DNA of 64,000 nucleotides from IMG/VR virus record IMGVR_UViG_3300025872_000001. One strand, 5' to 3'. Source of the stretch: a virus. How positions within the stretch are numbered: the first letter of the stretch is position 1; every line of letters begins with the position of its first letter. Shown in pieces: positions 30,996 to 41,119 of the stretch. The translations under genes were made by a program, and so were the position numbers. The notes below the pieces were generated by a model that was not told the DNA's origin, made no database searches, and was given only the letters and a program-made list of their open reading frames with translations.

Positions 30996-31944
30996 TAAGA
31001 CTCTTCTTCCAATTGAAGAAGAATTCTTGCTATCGGTAAAAAATAAAATCGAATCTCAAACTGGAGAAAAGATTTTAAAATGGGAAAAGTATTATACCCA
31101 TCCTATTTACGACTGCTTCTTAATCAATGTCAATAACCGACCTTTATTGACAAAGGTTAATCTTTCGCCAGACCTTCCAAATTTTTGGAAAGAGCTTTGG
31201 GATAACAAGTTTGAGTTCCACCCCAATATTATCTGTCACTCAGATGATTCTGATGAGTTTCAATTTATATGTTTTGAGGTGCCGAAAGGCATTTTCTTTT
31301 CAGACATATCTAATTATCCTCTTAGTAAAAAACTTGATATTCAAAAGCATTTTATCTCCACGGTAAGCTCCATGCATAAAATTAAATTACTTAACGTAGA
31401 TAATACATTAAGCACATTCGATTCTATGCTCCCAAGAGAATCTATGTCTTTATTCAAGACTTATCCTGTAGTAAGCTTATTCGCTTCTGCGAAAATTCTT
31501 TTCAAAAAAACGTATAAACCAAATACAGATCATTGTGGGCTTTGTCATTTTGATCTTGGATTAGAAAATATAATATATACTGGCACAGATATTAAATTAA
31601 TTAATTTTGAATACGCAGCGAATGCTAATATTTATTTAGATATTTTGTTAGCTAAAGAAACTCTTAACTGCTCTGATTCAGTATTTGATAATATAACGGA
31701 ATTAATGAGCAAAGACGCTCAAAAAGCTCTTTACGAATATAAAGAAGTGGCGCAGTTATTTAATTTTGCTTATTTTAATTCAAAAATCTTGGCCGAATAT
31801 ATGACCTTCGGATTGAGAAATCCTGTTAAACTTAAAGAATGGATTAATAAATCAGAAACATGCTATTTAAAGATTCAAGATAAACTTTTTGTTGACAAAT
31901 CTATTGACAAATTAATCAGAGACTTCTATTATGTTTGGCATTAA
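30955..31944 (+). CDS. Choline/aminoglycoside kinase-like phosphotransferase
   Basis: LCHFDL..ENI; KLINFEYA (variant of the DFE motif). Confidence 0.6.
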   Translation: MEKQRNHLQFAKTDKTLLPIEEEFLLSVKNKIESQTGEKILKWEKYYTHPIYDCFLINVNNRPLLTKVNLSPDLPNFWKELWDNKFEFHPNIICHSDDSDEFQFICFEVPKGIFFSDISNYPLSKKLDIQKHFISTVSSMHKIKLLNVDNTLSTFDSMLPRESMSLFKTYPVVSLFASAKILFKKTYKPNTDHCGLCHFDLGLENIIYTGTDIKLINFEYAANANIYLDILLAKETLNCSDSVFDNITELMSKDAQKALYEYKEVAQLFNFAYFNSKILAEYMTFGLRNPVKLKEWINKSETCYLKIQDKLFVDKSIDKLIRDFYYVWH

Positions 31945-31946
31945 CT

Positions 31947-32171
31947 ATGAATAATACACGCTCAAATCGCGCTCTTAATACGATTCGTCGCACTAGTGGA
32001 CGTTTCTTTGGCCTTGAAACCTCTACCGAGGTTATCAATGCTCGTCTTGTAAACTTTGGCCCCTCTCTTATCACTGTAGAGGACCGCAATGCTGGCTGCA
32101 ACCGCCGATTCGCCAAGAATCAAGTAAAGGCCGTAACATTCCGAGGGTCAAGATATACAAGTTCGCGATAA
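31947..32171 (+). CDS. Small basic protein in its own transcription unit
   Basis: TTGACA(31904)-17 nt-TATTAT upstream and a terminator downstream; Arg-rich. Confidence 0.7.
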   Translation: MNNTRSNRALNTIRRTSGRFFGLETSTEVINARLVNFGPSLITVEDRNAGCNRRFAKNQVKAVTFRGSRYTSSR

Positions 32172-32175
32172 CAAT

Positions 32176-32200
32176 AACCCCCGAGAAATCGGGGGTTTTT
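32176..32200 (+). terminator. Rho-independent terminator
   Basis: AACCCCCGA-GAAA-TCGGGGGTTTTT. Confidence 0.88.
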
Positions 32201-32227
32201 ATTAAATATTTGTGTAAATATATCTAT

Positions 32228-32440
32228 ATGCCAATCCCAACTCCCAGAAAGAATCAAGAAGAGGATCAATTTATTGCTTCCTGTATGTCTTCAGAAACTA
32301 TGCTGAAAGAATATCCCAATCAAAAACAAAGAGCCGCAATCTGCTATTCGCAATTTAGCCGCAAGAAGAAAAAGAATGAAGGTTCTATGGACGAGACAAA
32401 ATGGGATGAAAATGATGTTTCCAAAGTTATTATAGAATAA
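32228..32440 (+). CDS. Small conserved phage protein
   Basis: MPIP.P...EE..FI..CM.......EYP...QR.AICY; GTGTAA motif upstream. Confidence 0.65.
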   Translation: MPIPTPRKNQEEDQFIASCMSSETMLKEYPNQKQRAAICYSQFSRKKKKNEGSMDETKWDENDVSKVIIE

Positions 32441-32452
32441 ATTTAAACTACC

Positions 32453-32833
32453 ATGATCACTTATAGATGGGAATTTCCCGCTTTAGACTGCGCTCCACTT
32501 GAGAGTGGATTACCTGATGTAATTAAAACAATTCACTGGAGAATCACTGCCATTGAGCCAAAGAATACAGGAGAACTCGCTAGTGGCGAATCTCCCGAAT
32601 ACTATTTCGCTTCGAGCATTGGCACCGTGTCTCTTGATCCTGTAACTGATACAGGAGCTTTCGTTGCATTCGATGCAGTTACTACTGGAATGGCCGCAGA
32701 TTGGGTTTCGTCAAAGATCAATGTAACTGGTGAATTTGGCATTCAATCTGGCCTTGCCGCAGAAATTGAGCGTCAAAAGAATCCTCCAATTGTTCGCAAG
32801 CAGATTGGCGTTTCTGGCTCCTTCCCTGTTTAA
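32453..32833 (+). CDS. Phage protein, probably tail-fibre-associated
   Basis: Y.W....LD...VI..IHWR...F..F..VT......WV...I..QKNP pattern. Confidence 0.55.
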   Translation: MITYRWEFPALDCAPLESGLPDVIKTIHWRITAIEPKNTGELASGESPEYYFASSIGTVSLDPVTDTGAFVAFDAVTTGMAADWVSSKINVTGEFGIQSGLAAEIERQKNPPIVRKQIGVSGSFPV

Positions 32834-32855
32834 TATAAATATCTAAATAGACCTT

Positions 32856-32884
32856 AAAGGCGCACAGAAATGTGCGCCTTTTTT
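32856..32884 (+). terminator. Rho-independent terminator
   Basis: AAAGGCGCACA-GAAA-TGTGCGCCTTTTTT. Confidence 0.9.
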
Positions 32885-32933
32885 GTTTATTTGTGTTTAA
32901 TTATAACTGTGGTAGTTTATAATTTTGACTACT

Positions 32934-33398
32934 ATGCGCCTTAACTTTTATAAACCTAATAGATCAAATACTGGAACTGCATTATCATTTAATGTATCAT
33001 ATAAAGACAAAGATCAAACAAAGGGAGAAGGCCCAGATCTTTATGTCAGTTTTGTAAAACAAGCTGGATGGAATGACGAAACAAAGAAGGGTTCTTTTTC
33101 TGAAAATGCAAAGAATCCAGAAAAGACCGCTGCCTTAAAACTCAATCAGGTTGAGGCGGCATCAATGATTCGGGCCGTTAGACAATCAGCCAAATTTTCT
33201 ACTGTTCATGCTTACCAAGGCTCCACGACTTCAATTATGTTTGGACCTTATGTAAAAAAGAGTGGAGATAACGCCTTTTCATTTTCTATTAAAAAGGGAG
33301 AGCAATCTTTTCTAATTGGATTTGAACTTGGTGAGGCTGAACTTGTCGCTCAATATCTAGAGAACTATCTTCGTAAAAGCTTTGAAGTTTCCGAATGA
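32934..33398 (+). CDS. Hypothetical protein (possibly Whirly/PC4-like ssDNA-binding)
   Basis: Duplicated beta-beta-beta-beta-alpha-like pattern ending KL...EA and EL.EA; the fold assignment is tentative. Confidence 0.45.
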   Translation: MRLNFYKPNRSNTGTALSFNVSYKDKDQTKGEGPDLYVSFVKQAGWNDETKKGSFSENAKNPEKTAALKLNQVEAASMIRAVRQSAKFSTVHAYQGSTTSIMFGPYVKKSGDNAFSFSIKKGEQSFLIGFELGEAELVAQYLENYLRKSFEVSE

Positions 33399-35296
33399 AA
33401 AAAACTGTAGTATTCCACAGTAATCACAGCCGAATTTTTACAGGTTTCGGCAAGAACATGAAAAATGTTCTTAGATATCTTTATAAGACTGGTAAATACA
33501 ATCTTATTGAATTTGCTAATACAAAATCAAAAGATGCGCCAGAATTAAAAACATTACCTTGGAAAGCTGTAGGAACGCTACCAGATTCAAATAAACTTCA
33601 AGAAATTGCGTCAGATCAATCTAAATTAAGGATAGCTACATATGGACTTAACGAAATAGATTCTCTGATCAAAGAATTCAAGCCAGACTTTTATATTGGA
33701 ATAGAAGATATTTGGGCCTTGTCGCCATTAGTTGAAAAGAAATGGTGGAATGATAATTGTATGATTTGGACAACTCTTGATTCAGTACCACTTTATACAG
33801 ATGCAGTAAAGATTATTCCAAAGGTTAAAAATTATTATGCTTGGGCTTCTTTCGCTGGTAAAGAAGCAGAGCGCCTTGGATATCCTAAAGGCTCCATTAA
33901 AACATTAAGAGGAGCCACAGAAACTTCCTCGTTTTATAGATTAAGCGATGAAGATCGCCTTTCTCTTAGAAAAGAATTTGGTCTTTCTGATGAATTTATT
34001 ATTGGGTTTGTTTTCAGAAACCAATTGAGAAAAAGCGTTCCTAATCTTTTACAGGGATTCAAATTATTTAAAGAAAAGAATCCTAAATCAAAAGCTAAAC
34101 TTTTATTGCACACTCACTGGGCCGAAGGCTGGGATATCCAGAAACTTATCAAAGATAATGAATTAAAAAATGAAGATATTTTAACCACATATTTTTGTAA
34201 AAAGTGCAAACAGTTTGAAGTTAAACCCTTTGAGGGTCAAAAGATTAGCTGCAAATTTTGTGGCGGCAAAGATACTGTAGAAACAACAAATATCACAAAT
34301 GGAGTAAGCGAGGCCCAACTTAATGAAGTTTACAATCTAATGGATGTATATTGCCATCCATTTACAAGTGGTGGGCAAGAAATTCCCGTTACAGAAGCTA
34401 AACTAACCGAATTGATTACTCTTGTTACTAATTATTCGTGTGGAGAAGACTTTTGCACAGAAGAAAGCGGAGGTATGCCTTTGAGTTGGAAACCTTATTA
34501 CGAACCTGGCACTAACTTTATAAAAGCTACCACCTTACCCGAATCTATTTGTGAAAAGATTGAACGAGTCTATAAGATGTCTTTTTCAAAAAGAAAAGAA
34601 ATGGGCAAAGTAGCCAGACAATTTGTGCTGGATAATCTTTCCGCTGAAGTTATCGGAAAGAAGTTAGAAGAAATAATTGATAATGCTCCACAAGTAGAAT
34701 GGAATTATAACTCTGATTTTGTACAACGTAATCCAAATTATAATCCTCCCGATATAGAATCAGACTCAGATTGGCTGATCAATATCTATAAAAATATTTT
34801 GCAAATGAATGTTGATGCTAATGACGATGGAGTAAAAAGCTGGATAAGTCAAATTAAAAGCGGCAGAACTAGAGATCAAGTTTTAGAATACTTTAGAAAA
34901 GTAGCGGCAAAAGAAAATAATGAAAATGCTAAAACAGAGTTCTCTGATTTACTTGACAAAGACGACAAGGGCAGAAGAATATTGTTTGTGATGCCTCAGA
35001 GCGCGGGAGATGTTTTTATGTCAACTTCTCTTTTACCATCTATTAAAAATCTGTATCCAGACTACAATATTTATTTTGCCACTAAACAAGAGTATTTAGA
35101 TATACTTGACTGCAATCCATTTATTCACAAAAAACTTATTTTTAATTCTTTTATGGAAAATCTTTTGACAATGGAAGGACATGCAAATGGAGATGGTTAT
35201 TTTGATATTGCCTTTTTGCCGTATATAGGTACGCAAAAAGTTTTTGATTATCAACATAACGGCAAAGACAAATTACAATTTAATACCAAGAACTAA
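33395..35296 (+). CDS. GT4-like glycosyltransferase with a CxxC/CxxC insertion and a C-terminal GT9 N-domain
   Basis: TGFG, RNQLRK..P.L, CKKC..CKFC, YN.MDVY.HP..SGG.E.P..EA; C-terminal ILFVMPQSAGDVFMST. Confidence 0.8.
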   Translation: MKKTVVFHSNHSRIFTGFGKNMKNVLRYLYKTGKYNLIEFANTKSKDAPELKTLPWKAVGTLPDSNKLQEIASDQSKLRIATYGLNEIDSLIKEFKPDFYIGIEDIWALSPLVEKKWWNDNCMIWTTLDSVPLYTDAVKIIPKVKNYYAWASFAGKEAERLGYPKGSIKTLRGATETSSFYRLSDEDRLSLRKEFGLSDEFIIGFVFRNQLRKSVPNLLQGFKLFKEKNPKSKAKLLLHTHWAEGWDIQKLIKDNELKNEDILTTYFCKKCKQFEVKPFEGQKISCKFCGGKDTVETTNITNGVSEAQLNEVYNLMDVYCHPFTSGGQEIPVTEAKLTELITLVTNYSCGEDFCTEESGGMPLSWKPYYEPGTNFIKATTLPESICEKIERVYKMSFSKRKEMGKVARQFVLDNLSAEVIGKKLEEIIDNAPQVEWNYNSDFVQRNPNYNPPDIESDSDWLINIYKNILQMNVDANDDGVKSWISQIKSGRTRDQVLEYFRKVAAKENNENAKTEFSDLLDKDDKGRRILFVMPQSAGDVFMSTSLLPSIKNLYPDYNIYFATKQEYLDILDCNPFIHKKLIFNSFMENLLTMEGHANGDGYFDIAFLPYIGTQKVFDYQHNGKDKLQFNTKN

Positions 35297-35297
35297 T

Positions 35298-36494
35298 ATG
35301 CACTTACTTGATCGTTACGCATTGTCATGCGGAGTTAAAATTGATACTCCGTTTATTTTAGAGCATTATTATCCAATAACCTTAGACAAATATGTTGCAT
35401 TTCAAACCAGTGGTAAAGGAAACTCTAGACAGTATGATTATTGGGGGAAAGTATTTTCTTTTATTAAAGAATATGCTCCAGAATATAAAATAGTTCATGT
35501 CGGTGTAACTTCTGATCAATCTGTTGCAGGTGTAGACCTTGATTTGAGAGGAAAGACAAACATAAAGCAGTTAGCTTATATTATTAAAAATTCCTCTCTT
35601 TATCTTGGAATTGACAGTCTCTCTACTCATTTAGCCGGTTATTATGACAAGAAAATTGTAGCTTTGTATTCTTATTGTTATGCTCAGAACTGTGCTCCCG
35701 TTTGGGGGAAAGAAGAAAATAAATCTTTAATAGAAGTTGATTGGGCAAAACATGGTAAGCCGTCTTTTTCTCTGAAAGAAGACAAGAAAAAAATAAATAC
35801 AATCATGCCAGAAACCATTGCTAAGTCTGCGCTGGATAAACTTGGAATTGCAAACCAGTTGGACAAAGTTAAAACTTTACATATTGGTAACAGTTATCAT
35901 ACTCCCGTTATCGAACTAATTCCAAATGGTGGGCCATTACCAGCAGTAATTAAAGATAAAATCTGCAACGTAAGAATGGACTTGTTCTTTAATGAAAAAA
36001 TTCTTTCCGGTTTAGCTTCTATTTGCAGTTTAAATATTATTACTGACCAAGAAGTCTCTCTTGAGATTTTAAATAAAATTAAATCAAAGATCGCCGCTTT
36101 GACGATTGTAGCTTCAGATAAAATCTCAATCAAATATCTTGAAGAAGCAAAAACTCTTGGAATTAAAATAATTTTAATTGCCGACGATAACAACGAGTGG
36201 GGAAGATTAGCCGAAAAATTCTTTGATTTTGGTCTTGACAAAGAAGATAAATTTGGTAAAAAGGATATAGAAAACTCAGATCAGATAAACGAACAATGTA
36301 TCTTTTCCTCCGAAAAGATTATTGTTTCGGATGGAAAAGTCTATGCTTCAAAATTATCATGGAAAAATGATCAGCCAAAGCTTGACAGATATTCAAAAGT
36401 AGTAGATGATCCAGACTTCTGGGAAGAGGCAGAACACTTCTATATTCTTAAAGATGAGCGAAACAACAAAAACTATCAGACCAACAGTTCGTGA
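35298..36494 (+). CDS. GT9-like glycosyltransferase (C-terminal domain plus extension)
   Basis: DLRGKT.IKQLAYII.NS.LYLGIDS...HLA. Confidence 0.72.
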   Translation: MHLLDRYALSCGVKIDTPFILEHYYPITLDKYVAFQTSGKGNSRQYDYWGKVFSFIKEYAPEYKIVHVGVTSDQSVAGVDLDLRGKTNIKQLAYIIKNSSLYLGIDSLSTHLAGYYDKKIVALYSYCYAQNCAPVWGKEENKSLIEVDWAKHGKPSFSLKEDKKKINTIMPETIAKSALDKLGIANQLDKVKTLHIGNSYHTPVIELIPNGGPLPAVIKDKICNVRMDLFFNEKILSGLASICSLNIITDQEVSLEILNKIKSKIAALTIVASDKISIKYLEEAKTLGIKIILIADDNNEWGRLAEKFFDFGLDKEDKFGKKDIENSDQINEQCIFSSEKIIVSDGKVYASKLSWKNDQPKLDRYSKVVDDPDFWEEAEHFYILKDERNNKNYQTNSS

Positions 36495-37218
36495 TGAGCG
36501 CGGACTTCTCAACGGAGTAAATTACATCTTCAATAAAGATGGCACTATCAATTGGCGCGCAATGGTCAATCCAGCGCATCTTTACCCAAATAAGGATTGG
36601 TTTAATCGCAGAAATCAAGCTATCCCAGAGACTGCGGATGGACTACGCGACGAACAACTTTTAATTAAGTTGGGCGGCATCAAGGAGGTTGCAAAACTTC
36701 GCGGTTACTCCCGCGTCCACTTTCAGTTTCCAAAACTTGAAAGAGATTATGTTGTTGCTACATGCACAATTGATTGGATCAGTAGTTTTGAAACAAATGT
36801 TAATTCAACTGAAGATGAATGGAATGCTATTTCGTCTATGGATGTCGCAAATGCGACTTCTGAAAATACAGATGGCTTTGGCCAAAAGTTTCTTGAGACT
36901 ATCGCGGCCAATCGCGCATTTGTTCGTACAGTAAGAAATTATCTTGGCATCCATATCGTAGGCGAGGATGAAATCGCCAAAGGTAATGGCGCAAAGGCTG
37001 CCGCCTCGGCGGTAGATGGATCTGCCGATGTTTCTCCGCAAGGTATTCTTTCCAAGAAGTTTGCAGAAAATATTGGGGGCGAATTCTCTGATTTCAAAGT
37101 TTGGCTCCGTGAACTTTGGAAGTCTGAGTCTTATCGAAATGAAGAAGCGGCTAATTGGAAAGTCTGGTCTGATATTCCAGCCAAGGAAGCTCGCGCTCTG
37201 CTAAAGTTCATCAAGTAA
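36454..37218 (+). CDS. Putative ssDNA-annealing protein (Rad52/ERF/Sak-like)
   Basis: VVATC.I.W...A.A......F...IA.NRAFVR.VR.YLGI pattern. Confidence 0.5.
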   Translation: MSETTKTIRPTVRDERGLLNGVNYIFNKDGTINWRAMVNPAHLYPNKDWFNRRNQAIPETADGLRDEQLLIKLGGIKEVAKLRGYSRVHFQFPKLERDYVVATCTIDWISSFETNVNSTEDEWNAISSMDVANATSENTDGFGQKFLETIAANRAFVRTVRNYLGIHIVGEDEIAKGNGAKAAASAVDGSADVSPQGILSKKFAENIGGEFSDFKVWLRELWKSESYRNEEAANWKVWSDIPAKEARALLKFIK

Positions 37219-37688
37219 TGGTCAAGAGAATCTTAGATATCAAAGAACTCCGCTCCATCTTAACTGAGATGGAGCAGGGTGATTTGCTTAAAAAAGTTTT
37301 AAGCAAGCAGCGTCATATTGCTGGCGACTGGAATATCGATCATCTCAAGGATCAGATTTATCAGATTCTTCTGTCTTTTAAAGAGAATGCCGTTATATTT
37401 GTTTATTTTCAAAATGACAAGCCGGTTTCTATTTTTGTTGGTATTGTTACCCAAGATTGGGCTTGCGGCAAGATGGGCCTAAATGAAATTATTTGGGTTT
37501 CGGTTGGCAGGTCTAGGATAGGTGGCTTCAAAGTTATTGAGGCCGTTGAGCAGCATATTGTGGCAAAAGGTATTGACTTTTTGTCATGCCAGTATATGTG
37601 TAATGGCGGTGATCCAAGAGTCCAAATGTTTTATATGAACAGCGGATTTAATTTGGATACACTAACTTTTGTTAAGCGATACAAATAA
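37218..37688 (+). CDS. GNAT-like protein
   Basis: E..WVS...R.GGFK.I...E; FY...GF. Confidence 0.5.
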   Translation: MVKRILDIKELRSILTEMEQGDLLKKVLSKQRHIAGDWNIDHLKDQIYQILLSFKENAVIFVYFQNDKPVSIFVGIVTQDWACGKMGLNEIIWVSVGRSRIGGFKVIEAVEQHIVAKGIDFLSCQYMCNGGDPRVQMFYMNSGFNLDTLTFVKRYK

Positions 37689-37760
37689 TTCTAGCGCCAA
37701 ATTTTCTTTTTGGGCTAATGATGGTTTTCATGTAAAACCATTTACCACTTTTTACTTTTT

Positions 37761-40061
37761 ATGAAAAAACTAATGACAGTAAAGAAGAGAAGCGGAGAAA
37801 TTGAGAAATTCGACGCTGACAAGATCAATAAAGTTTTAGAATGGGCTTGCACTGGCATTCACGACACCTCTTTCGAGGAAGTCGCGATGAACGCGAACCT
37901 TTCTTTCTTTGATGGAATATCTTCCAAAGATATTCACAATACATTGATTGAGGCTGCGGCTGGATTGATCTCTGAAGAAAAGCCTCAGTATCAATATGTT
38001 GCTTCTCGTCTTTTAAATTATCAGTTGCGTAAAGAAGTTTGGGGCGGCAAGAATGCTCCAAAACTTATTGATTTCGTAAAAGATAATATTAAAAATAAAG
38101 TCTATGATCCCGCCATTCTTGAGTGGTATGATGAGCGGGAGTTTCATAAGTTTGACGAGTGTCTTCGTCATGATCGTGATTTTAATTTTACATACGCTGG
38201 AATTAAGCAACTTTGCGAGAAGTATCTGGTTCAGAACAGAACTACCAAGAAGCTCTACGAAACCCCGCAATTTGCTTATATGCTGATTGCAATGACCTTG
38301 TTTAAGGATTATAAGGGAGAGCGTACCAACTACATCAAGAAGGCTTATAATTATTTTAGTCAACACAAGATTAATCTGCCTACACCTATCATGGCAGGGG
38401 TAAGAACTACTCTAAAGTCTTATGCTTCTTGCGCTTTGTTTACTGTAGACGATTCTCTTGACTCTATCTTTGCGAACAATAGTGCCATTGGATTTGCTAC
38501 CGCAAACCGTTATGGTATCGGTATTAATGCAAGTCGCCTTCGCGCCGTCAATGCTCCCGTTAAGGGCGGCATGGTTAGCCATACTGGCCCAGTTCCATTC
38601 CTTAAGATGTTTGAGTCTACCGTAAAGTCTTGCCATCAAAACGGCATTCGCGGTGGATCTGCAACAGTAAACATGGCTTGGTTCCATCATGATATCGAAG
38701 ACATTCTTGTATTAAAAAATAATGCTGGCACAGACGACAACCGTGTTCGCAAGCTCGACTATTGCATTGGATTTGATCGCACATTCTATGATCGTCTAGT
38801 TAAGAACGAAAGCATCACTCTGTTTTCTTATCATGAAGTTCCAGAACTTTGGAACAGCTTTGGTATGCCAGAATTCAAGGAGCTTTATGAAGCGGCAGAA
38901 AAAAACAAAAATCTTAAATTTAAAAAGACAATTAATGCCCGTGATCTTTTCTTCTTATTCTCTAAAGAGCGCGTAGAGACTGGTCGCATTTATTTGATGA
39001 ATGTTGACCATGCTAACTCGCATGGCTCTTGGAACGCTCAAGTAGACACTAGCAATTTATGCCTTGAGGTCAATCATCCCCTCAAGCCAATCAAGGACTT
39101 AAACGACCCCAACGGAGAAATCGGCGTTTGTATTTTGTCTGCCGTTAATCTCCTTGAGGTTGTGAAAGACGAGATGGAACCTGTATGCGAAATTATTGTT
39201 CGTATGCTTGATGCTCTGATCGATCATCAAAACTATTTCGTTCCTGCTGCTGCAAACTTTGCAAAGAATCGCCGCAGTCTTGGAGTTGGCGTTACTAATC
39301 TTGCTGGCTACCTTGCTAACATTGGAGTCAAGTATACCGACAAGAATGCCGCCAACAAAGCTGCTGCTATCATGGAGCTTGTGAGCTATAATCTCATTAA
39401 GGCTTCAGTTAAGATGGCTCAAGAGAAGGGGCCATGCGCCTTATTCTCTGAAACAAAGTTCTCAAAAGCCATTCTGCCAATCGATACTTATTGCAAGAAT
39501 ATTGATGAGTTTGTTACTGAGAAGCTGCATTGCGATTGGGAAGAACTTAGAAAGCAAATTAAAGCTCATGGTATGCGTCATAGCACCTTGACTGCTTTGA
39601 TGCCTGTTGAGTCTAGCTCTGTCATTCAGTCATCGACAAATGGCATTGAACCTCCTCGCTCCTTGATTTCTTATAAGCGTTCAAAGGCTGGAGTTATTCC
39701 TGTTGTTGTTCCTCACATCAAAAATAACAAGGATAATTATACCCTAGCATTTGAAATGCCCAACAATCAGGGGTATTTGAAGGTAGTTGCCGCTCTCCAG
39801 AAGTTTGTTGACATGAGCATCTCAACTAATCTTTATTATAATGCGACTCGTTATGCAAACAAAATCCCAAGTCAAGGAGAACTTGTCGGTGACTTAATGC
39901 TGGCTTATAAGTATGGAATTAAAAATCTTTACTACACAAATACATTTGACGGCGACACGCAGACCGCATTACATACGAAGCAGGAAGTTAAACAAGAAGT
40001 AAAAACTGAAGAACCGCAAGACGACACCCAAGGCTGCGCGGGTGGAGCTTGCACCCTATAA
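37761..40061 (+). CDS. nrdA: Ribonucleotide reductase class Ia, alpha subunit
   Basis: ATP cone (VKKRSG.IE.FD.DKI), TPIMAG, SC, RGG, SNLCLE, MPVESSS, C-terminal CAGGAC. Confidence 0.96.
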   Translation: MKKLMTVKKRSGEIEKFDADKINKVLEWACTGIHDTSFEEVAMNANLSFFDGISSKDIHNTLIEAAAGLISEEKPQYQYVASRLLNYQLRKEVWGGKNAPKLIDFVKDNIKNKVYDPAILEWYDEREFHKFDECLRHDRDFNFTYAGIKQLCEKYLVQNRTTKKLYETPQFAYMLIAMTLFKDYKGERTNYIKKAYNYFSQHKINLPTPIMAGVRTTLKSYASCALFTVDDSLDSIFANNSAIGFATANRYGIGINASRLRAVNAPVKGGMVSHTGPVPFLKMFESTVKSCHQNGIRGGSATVNMAWFHHDIEDILVLKNNAGTDDNRVRKLDYCIGFDRTFYDRLVKNESITLFSYHEVPELWNSFGMPEFKELYEAAEKNKNLKFKKTINARDLFFLFSKERVETGRIYLMNVDHANSHGSWNAQVDTSNLCLEVNHPLKPIKDLNDPNGEIGVCILSAVNLLEVVKDEMEPVCEIIVRMLDALIDHQNYFVPAAANFAKNRRSLGVGVTNLAGYLANIGVKYTDKNAANKAAAIMELVSYNLIKASVKMAQEKGPCALFSETKFSKAILPIDTYCKNIDEFVTEKLHCDWEELRKQIKAHGMRHSTLTALMPVESSSVIQSSTNGIEPPRSLISYKRSKAGVIPVVVPHIKNNKDNYTLAFEMPNNQGYLKVVAALQKFVDMSISTNLYYNATRYANKIPSQGELVGDLMLAYKYGIKNLYYTNTFDGDTQTALHTKQEVKQEVKTEEPQDDTQGCAGGACTL

Positions 40062-40063
40062 AA

Positions 40064-41119
40064 ATGAAAACTGTACTCAACACTGTAAACGTCGATTCTC
40101 TTAAGCAACCGCTCTTTCTTGGTGAAGACTTGGCGATTCAGAGATATGATCGCCTAAAGTATCCTAAGTTCTATGATCTTTATGATCAACAGATTAATTT
40201 CTTCTGGCGACCACAAGAAGTTAATCTGACAAAGGATGCGGCTGATTATAAGAATCTATCTCCAGAAGAGAAGTTCGTTTTCGATAGCAATCTTCGGTTT
40301 CAAACAATGACAGATTCGATGCTCTCCCGTAGCATTAACTCTCTTTCTGATTATGTCAGCAATCCAGAACTTGAGATCTGCATGAATGTTTGGTCATTCT
40401 TTGAAACTATTCATAGCAATAGTTATACATACATCTTGCAGAATGTTCATCCTGACGCCACAAAGTTCTTCGACTCTATTTTGGATGACAAGGAGATTGT
40501 CAAGAGGGCGCAGTTTATCTCCAACAAATACGACGCCTTGCTTAATACTAAGAGTAATGATCCAAGGCAGCAAATCTTTGATGCGCTTCTTTCTACTCAG
40601 ATCACTGAAGGCGTAACGTTTTATGTTTCTTTTGCTTGTTCGTTCTACTTTGGATATCGTGGAAAGATGGAAGGGAATGCTAAAATTATTAATTTAATTT
40701 CGCGTGACGAAAACCTTCACGTTGCAATTACTCAGAACATCATGAAGATTCTCCGCGATCAACCAAAGGAAGGCTTCCAAGATATCTTTAAGAAGAATGA
40801 AGATCGCATCTATGAGGCTTATCGCATGGCTGTAGATGCAGAAAAAGATTGGGCCGATTATTTATTCTCAAAAGGTAGTTTGATAGGTCTTACCGCTGAT
40901 TCGCTCAAGCATTATGTCGAGTGGCTTGCCGATAATCGTCTTACTTCTATGGGATATAAGAAGCTATACAACGCAAAGGGCAATCCTATTGCTGGATGGT
41001 TAGACAGCTTCTATGATAGCAAGAAGATTCAAGTTGCCCCACAGGAGACTGAGATTTCTTCTTACGTTAAAGGCGTAGATAGCAAGATTGACGAATCAGT
41101 GTTTGATATTAAATTCTAA
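40064..41119 (+). CDS. nrdB: Ribonucleotide reductase class Ia, beta subunit
   Basis: FFWRPQE, ETIHS.SY, EG..FY.SF, RDENLH, VAPQETE. Confidence 0.96.
   Translation: MKTVLNTVNVDSLKQPLFLGEDLAIQRYDRLKYPKFYDLYDQQINFFWRPQEVNLTKDAADYKNLSPEEKFVFDSNLRFQTMTDSMLSRSINSLSDYVSNPELEICMNVWSFFETIHSNSYTYILQNVHPDATKFFDSILDDKEIVKRAQFISNKYDALLNTKSNDPRQQIFDALLSTQITEGVTFYVSFACSFYFGYRGKMEGNAKIINLISRDENLHVAITQNIMKILRDQPKEGFQDIFKKNEDRIYEAYRMAVDAEKDWADYLFSKGSLIGLTADSLKHYVEWLADNRLTSMGYKKLYNAKGNPIAGWLDSFYDSKKIQVAPQETEISSYVKGVDSKIDESVFDIKF

Noticed and set aside
26011-41119. Inteins or introns in dnaE, nrdA and nrdB
   Set aside because: Lengths and motifs are continuous, with no C...HN or LAGLIDADG signatures seen.
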